Below, piece by piece: positions 15,827 to 25,754 of a DNA stretch of 64,000 bases. Each line of letters opens with the position of its first letter. Position 1 is the first letter of the stretch. The notes under the pieces were generated by a model. That model was not told the origin of the DNA. It searched no databases and worked only from the letters and a program-made list of their open reading frames with translations. Made by a program: the position numbers and the translations under genes. Source of the DNA: Guillardia theta CCMP2712 (lineage: Eukaryota > Protista > Cryptophyta); assembly GCF_000315625.1 (NCBI RefSeq), contig NW_005434479.1, positions 11,582 through 75,581 on the forward strand, given 5' to 3'.

Positions 15827-18800
15827 TCAAACTCGCCTGTACTGGATGAGAAACTCCGGGTAGGCCTGTCGGCGATCGTAAACGACAAACTCTCGATGCC
15901 ACTGCAGGAAGGACCCTGGGTGGGTCTCCCTTGTCAGAGCTATAACGGAGTCGAAGAGCCGGGAGTCAGAGCCAGCAGGAGGTCGCCGTTGGTTGGTCAT
16001 CTTCGCCGTCGTCTCGTAGGGCGACCCCAAGGCTGCACGCACCAGGAACATGCAGCACAAGCCGTCAGCGTCAGGCGTGCAGTACTCGTCGCTCTTGCTC
16101 GAGTTCTCTGCTAGGTAGACTCCTGCTCCCAAGTGCCCCGACAGCTTCGAGACGCGCTCATCGAGCCCGTAGCCCGAGGAGAGGATCACGTCAGTCACTT
16201 CGTGCTGCGTGCCATGGAAGAGGAAGACCTCGTTGCTCAGCTGGTCTCCCAGCAGCTCCTCCCTCATCCAGTCCCTCCAAGTGCTCACTGCACTCGTCGG
16301 GTGCTGCTTCCCCTGCTCCATCATCGAGTTGCCGATGCTCTTGCGCTGCAGCGCGTACGCCGACCACAGGTTCTTGTCCTCGACCCGGAAGACGCGGTCC
16401 ACCAGGAACCCCTTGTGTGTGCAGCCTCGGTTGTTCCTGCCGCGCCCGATGCACTGCTGCTTGCAGGTCGAGGTCATGAGCTCTTGTATCTTCTCCCTCC
16501 ACTCCCGCGTCACGTCCACCTTGGTGCTCGTGTGCTGCAGACTCTCTACACTGACGTGCTGCCAGTACAGGGGAGGGTCGAGGACCGCGCGGTGGTTGCC
16601 GAGCAGCAGCTTCTTTGACGTCAGGGTCTTGCGCTCCTGCTCTAGGTCTGCCTCTCCTCTCCTTAACACCTTGAGATCCTCCAGTACTTGCTCCTGCTGG
16701 GCGTTCACCTGGGCCTCCAGCTCGTCGAGCTCCTTCCTTGCCTTTTGCAGCTGCTCTCTCCGTCTCTTGTCGTCGGCCTCGAGCTCTTTTCCTCTCTCCA
16801 GCATCTCCTTGCGCTGCAGAAGCAGCTGCCTCTCATCCGTGCGCAAGCTTTCCCTCCTTGCGGTGACACACCTCTCCTGCTCCCTGAGCTTCTCCTGCCG
16901 TACCAGCAGCTCCGCGCACATTCGCTCATGCTCCTCGTGCTTCTGCTTCTGCTGCTTCTCGAACTGCTCCATCTCTCGGATCGTGGAGCGATAGAAGTAG
17001 GGATGCGTCAGCGCCTCCGCAGAGGATGGTCGTTGCTGAGGATCACTAGACTGCAGCCTGCCGATGAGGTCGATGGCCTCTTGGTTTCCACCTGCGAGCA
17101 CGAGGCTGCTGCTGTCTTGCTCGACGTCCTGACTTGTCTCGGCGAGGACTTCAGTCATGACGATGCCGTACGCGTACATGTCCGACTTGTGCGAGGCTCG
17201 TCGCTCCTCGGTCGTAGGGAGCAGCAGCTCAGGCGCGAGGTACTGGAGGGTCCCGACCACATGAGTCGCCGTTACTGTCGCCACCAGGTCCCTCGCGCGG
17301 TCCTCCTGCTCCTTGGAGACGTCGAAGTCAGCGATCTTGGGCTCGGCGTGCTCGTCCACAGAGGACATGAGGATGTTGTCAGGCTTGATGTCGCCATGGA
17401 TGATCCGGTTCTGCCGGAGATGCTCCAACCCTTGCAGCACTTGCATCAGCACCCTCTGCCTGTGGATCCTACCCGGCCTGACTCGCTTCATCCAGCTGCT
17501 CAGACTCCCTCCGAGGAGGAAGGGCATCTTGAGGTATCCTTTGACCTCCCTGGGGCCATGCTCTCTGTGCTCTTCAGTGAAGGCGCTGCACAAGGTCATG
17601 AGGTAGGGATGCTTCAGGCGACGGAGGATGCTCGCTTCCTTGAGGAAGTGCCGTCGGTCCCTCGGGTCCTCGGAGAGGCTGAACTCTTTGATCACAAACT
17701 CCTCCTCCTCCTGCCTCACGTGCAGCACGTTGTGTCGCGCCCCTCGCTGCCCCGCCATGGACAACCGGCTGATGAGCTCGAACATGTCCATCCTCTCGTG
17801 CCCTCCCACGTCGACGTCCAACGATCCTCTCACTTGGCTCGAGTACTCCGGGTAGTGGAGGAAGAGCTTCCACAGCACCTGCTCCAACTGCTCGAGCTCT
17901 CGTGCCGTAGCCACTTTGTCCCTCCTCAGAGCCTTGAGCTTCTCCTCGATCTCTTGGCAGTCCAGCTCCTTCCGCTGGTTCACGCGCAGCATGAGCAAGA
18001 GCTCGGAGTGCTTATCGTTGAGATCCTCCAGCCTTTCCTGGAGGTCATCGCAGGTTTCAAGGATGGGTTGAGGATCCTGCAAGCTCCGAAGCTGCGCCAA
18101 GTTGGCCTGCACCGCCTGCACGTCTGTGATGTGGTCGAGGCAGTAGAGCCTGCCGTTGATCCATGACAGCGCGTAAGGCAGCAACGACCAGATCCTCTCA
18201 TAGGGGAACCGCTGGATCAGGCACGAGTCAGTGAAGACCTCCTCCTCGCACAGGAAGGCTTTTTCCAGCTCCAGGTGGTCCTCAACGATCGCCTTGTGCA
18301 GCTTGCTGGCCTCCTTCAAGCTGCGCAAAGAACCCTCGCCCTGCAGCATGCGGCCGAGCTCGAAGAAGCAACCGGCATATCGGTCCGCGATGCTCCTCCT
18401 CTCTTTCTTGCAGGACGCCAGTCTTTGACTGACCATGTCAAGCCACTGCGACACCCTTGTTGCCGCCTCGCTTAGTTGTGATCGAAACTCCTCTGTCGTA
18501 GGAGGGCTGGTAGCAGGAGCATCGTCCTGCTGCTGCCCGCACTCCAACAGCGTCTCGATCTTTCTGGCAGACTCTTGGAGAGCCTGCTTGTACTCGACCA
18601 GGAGCGAGGAAAAGCTTGAAGGGTCGAGGGGGTCGAGCATCTCTATCAGGCTTCTGCTTTCTTGCATGAGCGTCCTCCGAACCTCTTCGCGATACATTAT
18701 CGCTCCTGTCAACTCTTCTGACCTGTCAGCCTTCCCTTGCAGCCTTCTTCGCTTCCCTCCGCTACCAACCGCACCGGCCCAGCTGTCGTCAGCGAGCTTC

Positions 18801-19138
18801 CTCACAACCGCTTGCTGACTGTCGAGTAGATCTTGCAGGCTTTTCACTTGCGACCAGGCGAACTGAACCTCATCGTGCGCAACATGACTTGGCTGGTCCA
18901 GCAGAGCCATCAAGGATAGCAGCAAGTTGTGTCCTCTCACTGCCTTGGACAACTTGCGACTATCAAAGTTGTTGGTCAACTCTCTCAGCGCCTCTCTCTC
19001 TCCATCCTCCTTCTTCCTCTCCATCGCTGCTTGCTGACGCACTGCAAGGCGCAGCACAGCCTGTAGAGAGAACACTTGTTCTGGCTCATGTTGAAGATTC
19101 TCTTTCTGTGCTGAACGAGTTCGATGCGGTGCTTGCAC
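15827..19138 (-). CDS. Coiled-coil + protein kinase + coiled-coil + PARP (tankyrase-like ADP-ribosyltransferase) fusion protein; 5' end uncertain
   Basis: Kinase ~17790-16990: FVIKEF, FLKEASILRRLKHP, HGDIKPDNIL, KIADFD, GTLQYLAPE, KSDMYAYG, RPSSAEALTHPYF. PARP ~16580-15830: NEVFLFHGT, LGAGVYLAENSSKSDEY, MFLVRAALG, REFVVYDRRQAYPEFLIQY. Confidence 0.92.
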   Translation of the reverse strand: MQAPHRTRSAQKENLQHEPEQVFSLQAVLRLAVRQQAAMERKKEDGEREALRELTNNFDSRKLSKAVRGHNLLLSLMALLDQPSHVAHDEVQFAWSQVKSLQDLLDSQQAVVRKLADDSWAGAVGSGGKRRRLQGKADRSEELTGAIMYREEVRRTLMQESRSLIEMLDPLDPSSFSSLLVEYKQALQESARKIETLLECGQQQDDAPATSPPTTEEFRSQLSEAATRVSQWLDMVSQRLASCKKERRSIADRYAGCFFELGRMLQGEGSLRSLKEASKLHKAIVEDHLELEKAFLCEEEVFTDSCLIQRFPYERIWSLLPYALSWINGRLYCLDHITDVQAVQANLAQLRSLQDPQPILETCDDLQERLEDLNDKHSELLLMLRVNQRKELDCQEIEEKLKALRRDKVATARELEQLEQVLWKLFLHYPEYSSQVRGSLDVDVGGHERMDMFELISRLSMAGQRGARHNVLHVRQEEEEFVIKEFSLSEDPRDRRHFLKEASILRRLKHPYLMTLCSAFTEEHREHGPREVKGYLKMPFLLGGSLSSWMKRVRPGRIHRQRVLMQVLQGLEHLRQNRIIHGDIKPDNILMSSVDEHAEPKIADFDVSKEQEDRARDLVATVTATHVVGTLQYLAPELLLPTTEERRASHKSDMYAYGIVMTEVLAETSQDVEQDSSSLVLAGGNQEAIDLIGRLQSSDPQQRPSSAEALTHPYFYRSTIREMEQFEKQQKQKHEEHERMCAELLVRQEKLREQERCVTARRESLRTDERQLLLQRKEMLERGKELEADDKRRREQLQKARKELDELEAQVNAQQEQVLEDLKVLRRGEADLEQERKTLTSKKLLLGNHRAVLDPPLYWQHVSVESLQHTSTKVDVTREWREKIQELMTSTCKQQCIGRGRNNRGCTHKGFLVDRVFRVEDKNLWSAYALQRKSIGNSMMEQGKQHPTSAVSTWRDWMREELLGDQLSNEVFLFHGTQHEVTDVILSSGYGLDERVSKLSGHLGAGVYLAENSSKSDEYCTPDADGLCCMFLVRAALGSPYETTAKMTNQRRPPAGSDSRLFDSVIALTRETHPGSFLQWHREFVVYDRRQAYPEFLIQYRRV

Positions 19139-19810
19139 CTCTTGTTCTTCTGACTTGCGCTGACGACAAAGCTGTGCGAGTCTGCATCAAATCAGAGTCA
19201 AGGGGTGTGGGAGAAGCGCCGGGCTGATCTCAAGTGTGACACAAACATGATGACCTCACTCACTCTCTCAGGTCTCACGCCCTGCTTGCCTCCCCATCAT
19301 CTTCTGGTTGTGATCGGAAAACCGTCGCTCGGTCAGCTTCTACTCTAATCTTGCAACACGATGATTGTCGTATCCTCTATCTCTGCTTACATTTGCCTTG
19401 GATTAAGCTTGGCGTTGCTGTTTCCAAGAGACTGATTAATCAGACTGTCTCGTCAAGGAGAACGTTCAGAAGTTTTTCAATGCTCTTGTCAGTGCATACC
19501 CATCTGTACCATCTGTGCTTGATGTTCTAGCCGGGATCTTTCCAACCTGAAGCAGCAGAAGAAGCAAGTCAAAGGTCACAAGTCTATGGCCGTTCTGTCA
19601 CCTTGGTTTTCTTCTGAGGCTACAGTGAGGGCATGACATTACGTCAGTTTGTGTTTGACATTGCATGTGAACCTCTCACGCGCAACTTGAAGGAATCCGA
19701 ATCCACTTCGTCTCCGAGCTTGTCAAAGTCAAGGTCAATCTCTCCCTGCGAACATTGTTATGATCAACATGGTCGTTAGCATCGTCATCTCCATCTTTGT
19801 CATCTTTTCC

Positions 19811-19879
19811 ATCATCACCACCATCACCACCATCACCACCACCACCACCACCACCACCACCACCACCACCACCACCACC

Positions 19880-19913
<34 letters not shown>

Positions 19914-19923
19914 TCATCATCAT
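19811..19923. repeat. (CAC)n/(CAT)n microsatellite adjoining N-gap 19924-20139
   Basis: Directly visible. Confidence 0.95.
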
Positions 19924-20372
19924 NNNNNNNNNNNNNNNNNNNNNNNNNNNNNNNNNNNNNNNNNNNNNNNNNNNNNNNNNNNNNNNNNNNNNNNNNNNNN
20001 NNNNNNNNNNNNNNNNNNNNNNNNNNNNNNNNNNNNNNNNNNNNNNNNNNNNNNNNNNNNNNNNNNNNNNNNNNNNNNNNNNNNNNNNNNNNNNNNNNNN
20101 NNNNNNNNNNNNNNNNNNNNNNNNNNNNNNNNNNNNNNNTCTTGAATGTCGGATCGGAAGCCGCCGAGCGGCCTTGGCTTCAAGTCACGGTTTCGGAAGG
20201 CCCGCCGGGCAGCCTGTTTCCGGGCCGCGGCGGATCCGATCAGGGCACTGGCGCGGCGGCACTGAGACTCTGAGAGTCACGGGTGACGGCAAGGAGTTGA
20301 GTAAACGGCAAATAAGACTCTCACATTAGCACCCCATGGGCTACACCTGTCTCTGCCCCCCGGCGGCCTCAT

Positions 20373-20510
20373 TTTGACCAACTTTGACCGTGGTCAAATG
20401 CAAGGGGATAGGTCACGCCGGGGTCAAATCGATGTAAACCGAGGTCAAATTAGAGTCAAACCGAGGTCAAAGAGTGAAAGAGGGGTCGAAGTGGTCAACC
20501 AGCGGTCAAA
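20373..20510. promoter_or_regulatory. Cluster of GGTCAAA/TTTGACC motifs upstream of small gene A
   Basis: 7 exact 7-mers (20373, 20383, 20392, 20422, 20443, 20465, 20504) plus variants; TATAAAA at ~20540. Confidence 0.55.
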
Positions 20511-20772
20511 TCTAAGGGGTTTACACGGAATAAAGGGGGTATAAAACAGTAAGCATGTGCCTTCATGTTCACAATACCGGCGGATCGCACGACAGCCCTT
20601 GCTAGCAGCACACAAGCGTCATAGTTTCGTCCTGCTGATTCCTGCACTTGCTCTCGAGCCTCAACCTCCTTACTTCAACGCTCTCTTCTGCTTCCGCAAC
20701 TCTTCGTGGTGCTGGAGCTTGTCATCGGAATCTGAACTTGTTCTTGCGCATTTCCTTCAACTAGAATCGACC

Positions 20773-21072
20773 ATGCAGCGTATTCAACTTGCCGTGTATC
20801 AGGCCAATCTCTTTCGTGCCATGAGAAGAATGTCTTCCATTGCACTGGAAGAATCCGGGTCACGTGGATTTGGCTTGGACAAAACTAGAGTTGCTCAACA
20901 GGGCAAGAACTTCCAGACGTATCATTCTTCTAGCTTTTCCCAGCCATCCATCAAGGAAGCTCGTGTGCAGTCGAAACAAGACCCTGCCACTCCTCTCAAA
21001 CAGATTATACCTTTGAAGTCGGCGGAGGAGTACAAATCGGTCCTTCGCAAGTTCAATCAAAGTAGGCAGTAG
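20773..21072 (+). CDS. Small orphan protein A (99 aa) with C-terminal PLxQIIP..EY..LR.FN.SR motif
   Basis: ATG at 20773 (MQRIQLAVYQANLFRAMRRMSS..., transit-peptide-like); C-terminal motif shared with 23779..24195. Confidence 0.7.
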   Translation: MQRIQLAVYQANLFRAMRRMSSIALEESGSRGFGLDKTRVAQQGKNFQTYHSSSFSQPSIKEARVQSKQDPATPLKQIIPLKSAEEYKSVLRKFNQSRQ

Positions 21073-21652
21073 ATGTGTATCATAGCAGCCCTGTACTTTC
21101 ATCTTGTATTATGAATGAACGTTGTTCTTTTCTGATTTCGACATTACTCGGTGGATCCTGATCTAATTTGAAAATCTCTGACGTTTCAGAATGACACTTG
21201 AAAGTAATTGATTACGCCAGTGTTTGGTTCTGCCTGGATTCTGTTGAGATCGTTGCAAGGTTATGTTATGTACTCTGCAAATCAAGCTGAAACGTCAAGT
21301 ATGTCAGCGGGCGTGAAGTTCTATAGCAGTCAGCAACACATAGTCAAAACCATCATACGTATGGCTTTGTAGTAAGATACTGCTGTAAGATATCAACTCA
21401 GATCATTAGCGATGTGATTTCGACTGAGTTCTGTCTAGAATATTGTATGCACTAGTGCTTCAGCAATCTCATCCCTGAAGTATGCATCCTTTGTAGAATC
21501 ATCTCAAGAAGACATGCAAGTGCTCATGCAATTGGGTGTTCTTCCTGGTAATCAAGTATATTCCAAACAAAGAATACAAAGAACAATGAAATCAACTAAC
21601 TATCAATAACAAGCTCATGCGCGCTGCATGCGAGCTAAAGAATAATTAAAAT

Positions 21653-22846
21653 TCAGAAAACTTCCCCGAAATGAAGTTTCCTCCACGAGAACTTTTGTTG
21701 TCGGGTTGTTTTCGCTCCAACATGGGAAGAGATCCTCGCCTGATGAGAATGCTTGGGCCGAAGAGCGTTGGATTTCAACCTATCATTCCCTCCATTGAGG
21801 CTTCGAAGCACACTATCGCATGCCATGAAGTGTTGCAAAGTACTTCGTGCACCCATCAGAGGCTTCAGCTCAAATGTGCACTTGCTTGGAAAGCTGAGGC
21901 CAACGGGCTTGCCATATTTCGCCTTCCTCGAGCCCGTAGCCTGCGCAGCTTTTGAGTTGGACATCCAGCTGAGGTAAACATTCCAAATCAATCCTCCCAC
22001 AGCGAAGGCGTTGACTTGCTCTTCCACTGGGATGGCTGTGTACACCATTGCTCCCCATGCAGGCCAGAACTTGAACTCTGACTTAGTCACTGCCATGATG
22101 GTATTCTTCCAACTACTGTAAGCTTCCGACAAGGAATCGCCGCCTGCAAGTCTACGAAGCACAATGTTGGCAGAGTTCATGAAGGTCCCCCATGTTGCAG
22201 AGTCGAAAACCACTTTGACAAGGAGCGCATTAAATTTTCCCAGGCTGTCAAATCCTACCATCTCACGGGGGAAAAGCATGTTGAGGTTGGAGAGCCAAAC
22301 TGTTGTGCCGAAGCCAGCAAGGACAGTCCCAATGGCTCCAGCATTCACAGTCCTCTTCCAGTCTATCTTGGTTACTCCGGAGAGCTTCTGGGCAACTAAG
22401 TCTCCAAGGGCACTGCATGATATGGCTAGAGGAACATTGCGAACCATCATGATCAAAGTCTCAGAGTTGAGAGCTACTTCTTCACTGCCTGGGAAGTTGC
22501 AAACGACAATAGCCGACATCATTCCCGCAGTAGCAGTGGTAAAGAGAGCCTGAGACGCTCTCTCTGGGGTAATGCTAGACTCTGGGGTTTGAACAGTTTC
22601 TGAGACAGTACAGGCATTTGCCATTTCTGTCGCCGAAGTAGAAGAGAGATCCTTTGATGCAACTGTGGGTAGGAATGTCTTGGAAGTCGTTGCTGGCCAC
22701 GCCTTGATTGGAAGCGGTCTCCTGACACAGACGGGCCCTGATATTGACGTATACGTTGCAATGCTGTTCTGAACCCTTGTATTTCCATGTCTTCTTGCGA
22801 TTGACAACGAAGATATACGAGGATACAACATGTTCTTGATCTCCAA
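21653..22846 (-). CDS. Mpv17/PMP22 family membrane protein with N- and C-terminal extensions
   Basis: LGDLVAQ, DWKRT, KVVFDS, FKFWPAW, IPVEEQV, IWNVYLSWM: the Mpv17/PMP22 signature order; start codon uncertain (ATG at ~22831). Confidence 0.85.
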   Translation of the reverse strand: MEIKNMLYPRISSLSIARRHGNTRVQNSIATYTSISGPVCVRRPLPIKAWPATTSKTFLPTVASKDLSSTSATEMANACTVSETVQTPESSITPERASQALFTTATAGMMSAIVVCNFPGSEEVALNSETLIMMVRNVPLAISCSALGDLVAQKLSGVTKIDWKRTVNAGAIGTVLAGFGTTVWLSNLNMLFPREMVGFDSLGKFNALLVKVVFDSATWGTFMNSANIVLRRLAGGDSLSEAYSSWKNTIMAVTKSEFKFWPAWGAMVYTAIPVEEQVNAFAVGGLIWNVYLSWMSNSKAAQATGSRKAKYGKPVGLSFPSKCTFELKPLMGARSTLQHFMACDSVLRSLNGGNDRLKSNALRPKHSHQARISSHVGAKTTRQQKFSWRKLHFGEVF

Positions 22847-23668
22847 TCGATCAATTTAGATCATTCAGATCAGTGGACGGCTTTTGGACAGATATATCGA
22901 ACTTCGATTGTACAGTGATTCTCTTTGGAGCAAAGGATCCTATACTGTAAAGAGCAGAAGAGGAGTGGAAGATAGATGAGAGTATGAAAGGCGAGAGAGG
23001 AGGAGGAGAGGAGGAGAGGAGGAGAGGAGGAGAGGAGGAGAGGAGAAGGAGAGGAGGCGAGGAGGAGAGGAGGAGGGTTCGGTTGGAGACGCACTTGGAA
23101 ACTTGTGCGATGAGGGAGGATTAATGGCGGGAGGGATGGGGGATGGCGCCTGGCAGGTCTTGCTGTGGGCTGTTGTGGAAGGTAGGGGTCCCTCGATGGT
23201 CAAATTTTGGGGTAGAGCCTCGAAAGCATCTCGTGGGGTGGGGGCGCAAGCGTCAGGTAGGGTGGTAGCAACAGTGCGTTTAATTGGCACCGGTCATAGC
23301 TCTTCCATGTATGGGTATGGGTAGTCACCCCCGTCACAAGTTTGATTATGTTGGAACAACTTCGCTTGTAGTGGTGGGTAGAACTTGGGTTTATCATGGG
23401 TGGGTGAGTTCGAGTGTGTGAGTTGGATCATATTGGAGCAACGTGGTAGGTGGTGGTTGTGATGGAGGGGGTGGGGGTGGGGCAATCCCTGCACCCCCTG
23501 CCAAAACCCTGCTCAGAATGAAGGGACAGCAAGGGATGGTAGGGGGGGGGGGTAGTCTCAAGGTAAAGCCAGTACGTAATCTGGGGGTGGTCTTGAGAGG
23601 TACGTGATCCGGGGGTGCGGAGCGTACTGGTCATACGAGTAGAACGCTGCGTTTTCAAATCGATACAG

Positions 23669-23750
23669 TTTGACCGTTCGGGTCAAACTGCATCGGTCAA
23701 AGATAACGGCTTCTATTTGACCACCCGTTAGACCCTTGTGGGATTTGACC
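23669..23750. promoter_or_regulatory. Second GGTCAAA/TTTGACC cluster, upstream of small gene B
   Basis: 5 exact 7-mers (23669, 23681, 23695, 23716, 23744) within ~80 bp, ending 28 bp before the ATG. Confidence 0.55.
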
Positions 23751-23778
23751 TGGGGTCTCAAAGATTTGCCTCACTGCT

Positions 23779-24195
23779 ATGGCCGCAAAGAAATGCAACA
23801 GCCCGCGCATGCTGTCAACATCGCCCTCTCCCTCCTCCTCACCGACTTGTTCAGCTTCCTCCTCCTCTCTGTCAAGCTCACCCCTTGCATCGCCTTCGTC
23901 ATGGCCTCAGGAAGCCTTCTTGGATTGCCCCGCATCGCCGCTGTCGATGCTTGGCGACGTCTCTTCATCCATGAGATCTCCTTCCTTTCTCTCCTTGTCG
24001 TTCAACGTTGCAAGTGGATCAGGAGAAGAGAAGATGAAGAGCACGGGGAAGGGGAAGGGGAAGGGGGATGCAGATGATTCGATCAACAACTCAGAGCACT
24101 CTAGGCTGCCTTTGAATCAGATTATCCCCATGAAAGCTATGACGGAGTACAGGGACATCCTTAGGCGGTTCAACGATAGCAGGAGATACCCTTGA
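23779..24195 (+). CDS. Small orphan protein B (138 aa), Ser-rich, with the same C-terminal motif as protein A
   Basis: ATG-started ORF ending ..PLNQIIPMKAMTEYRDILRRFNDSRRYP*; AT-rich 3' flank. Confidence 0.7.
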   Translation: MAAKKCNSPRMLSTSPSPSSSPTCSASSSSLSSSPLASPSSWPQEAFLDCPASPLSMLGDVSSSMRSPSFLSLSFNVASGSGEEKMKSTGKGKGKGDADDSINNSEHSRLPLNQIIPMKAMTEYRDILRRFNDSRRYP

Positions 24196-24339
24196 GTCCG
24201 CTCAGAACCAGCAGCGGTTTGTGTAAGAGCAGCTGCAAGATGGTCAGGGGGGAAGGAGGAAATGTAGTGTTGTGTGAACTGTAGACTGTTGTATTGTTTA
24301 TATTGTTTCTAATTCTTTATTATTGAAATTCTCGGAATA

Positions 24340-25717
24340 TCAATCATTGGTATAGCATGTGTACTCCTCTCCTCGCCCGTCCGCCTCCTGTCCCCACTGT
24401 CCTACTGAGCATTCATTGCCATCTTTGACTTGACAATATGACGGAAAGCAACTTCTAGCGGCCTTGCTGTTCGAGATGGAAGGAGAGTACGGAGGCCTGC
24501 CCTTCGCTGGAAACCTCAGGTGCTCCTCCTCCTTCGTCGTCACTGTTGTACTCGGCCAGCTCTTCTTCTGTCCTCGGTGCCTAGTAGAGAGTGTCACGTC
24601 TGAAGGAACCGGAAGACAGAGAAGGACAGTGAAAGCTCCGAGGGAAAAGTTGCAAGGCAGAAGGAGAGGAGAGGAGGAGAGGAGGAGAGGAGGAGAGGAG
24701 GAGAGGAGGAGAGGAGGAGAGGAGGAGAGCAAAGAGAAGGGAACCAGGAGCGAGTAGATATCCGGCTGTTCCGAAGTATCGCGTCCAAAGAAGTTGTCGA
24801 GGAAATTGGAAGCAGAAGGGTCGGCGATCATTGTGTCAACAGCCTCTGCCTCTGCCATGGAGTCAGGAAGATCTTCGAGATCAAGAGGAAGAGAGCAGGA
24901 GGTCAGAGAGGGTTGGAGAGGAAGTGAGAGGAAGGCGGTAGGGTGAGCAGGAAGTGGGCAGGGAACGAGGACGAGGGCAACGAGAGGTTCTACCCTCCTC
25001 TCCTGGCAATGTGACGTCGAGCTTCTCAGCGAGGTCTCGGCAGCTGTTAGATGTAAGCAATACAGCATGTGAGATGAAGATGGAGGGAGGAGACGAGGTG
25101 GATAGCGGGGAGGATGCAGAGGATGAAACATTGAGCGGAGAGAAGAAGAGGAAGGAAGGAGGGCAGTGTAGAGGATAGGGTTGAACGACGAGAGGGAAGC
25201 AAGACAGAAGACAATGAGGGATGAGAAAGGCGGTGAGAGACAGGTGGAAGAAGGAAGGCAGGAGCAGGAGAGGCATTCAAGAGGAGGAAGAGAGGAAAGG
25301 AGGAGCTAAGAAGAAGGAAAAGGAGACAAAAGAGGAGGGAATGTTGCTAACATTGTCAAGAGCTCAAGAACGACTTTTCTTCTCTCCTCCACGAAGGGTT
25401 TGAACCCGATACAAGATTCGCAGTTCTGCACACCATGGCAAGTCAAGAGGAAACGTCGACGACGAAAACCAGGGGAGGGGAGAGAGAGACAAGAACGAAA
25501 GGGACCAAGTAAAGAGCAGAGAGCAGAAGACGATGAGAAGGAGAAGCGAGATGAGGAAGAGAAAGAGGACGGAGGGAGGGAGGGAGGGAGGGAGGGTGGG
25601 TGGGTGGGTGGCAGGGAGGCAGGCAGGGAGGCAGGGAGGCAGGGAGGCAGGGAGGCAGGGAGGCAGGGAGGCAGGGAGGCAGGGAGGAGCAAGAGCAGAA
25701 GCAGAGGCAGTAGCAGT

Positions 25718-25754
<37 letters not shown>

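Noticed and set aside
16133-18818. Long plus-strand ORFs (e.g. 16688..18166, 492 aa)
   Set aside because: Antisense shadows of the GC-rich kinase-PARP frame; no motifs
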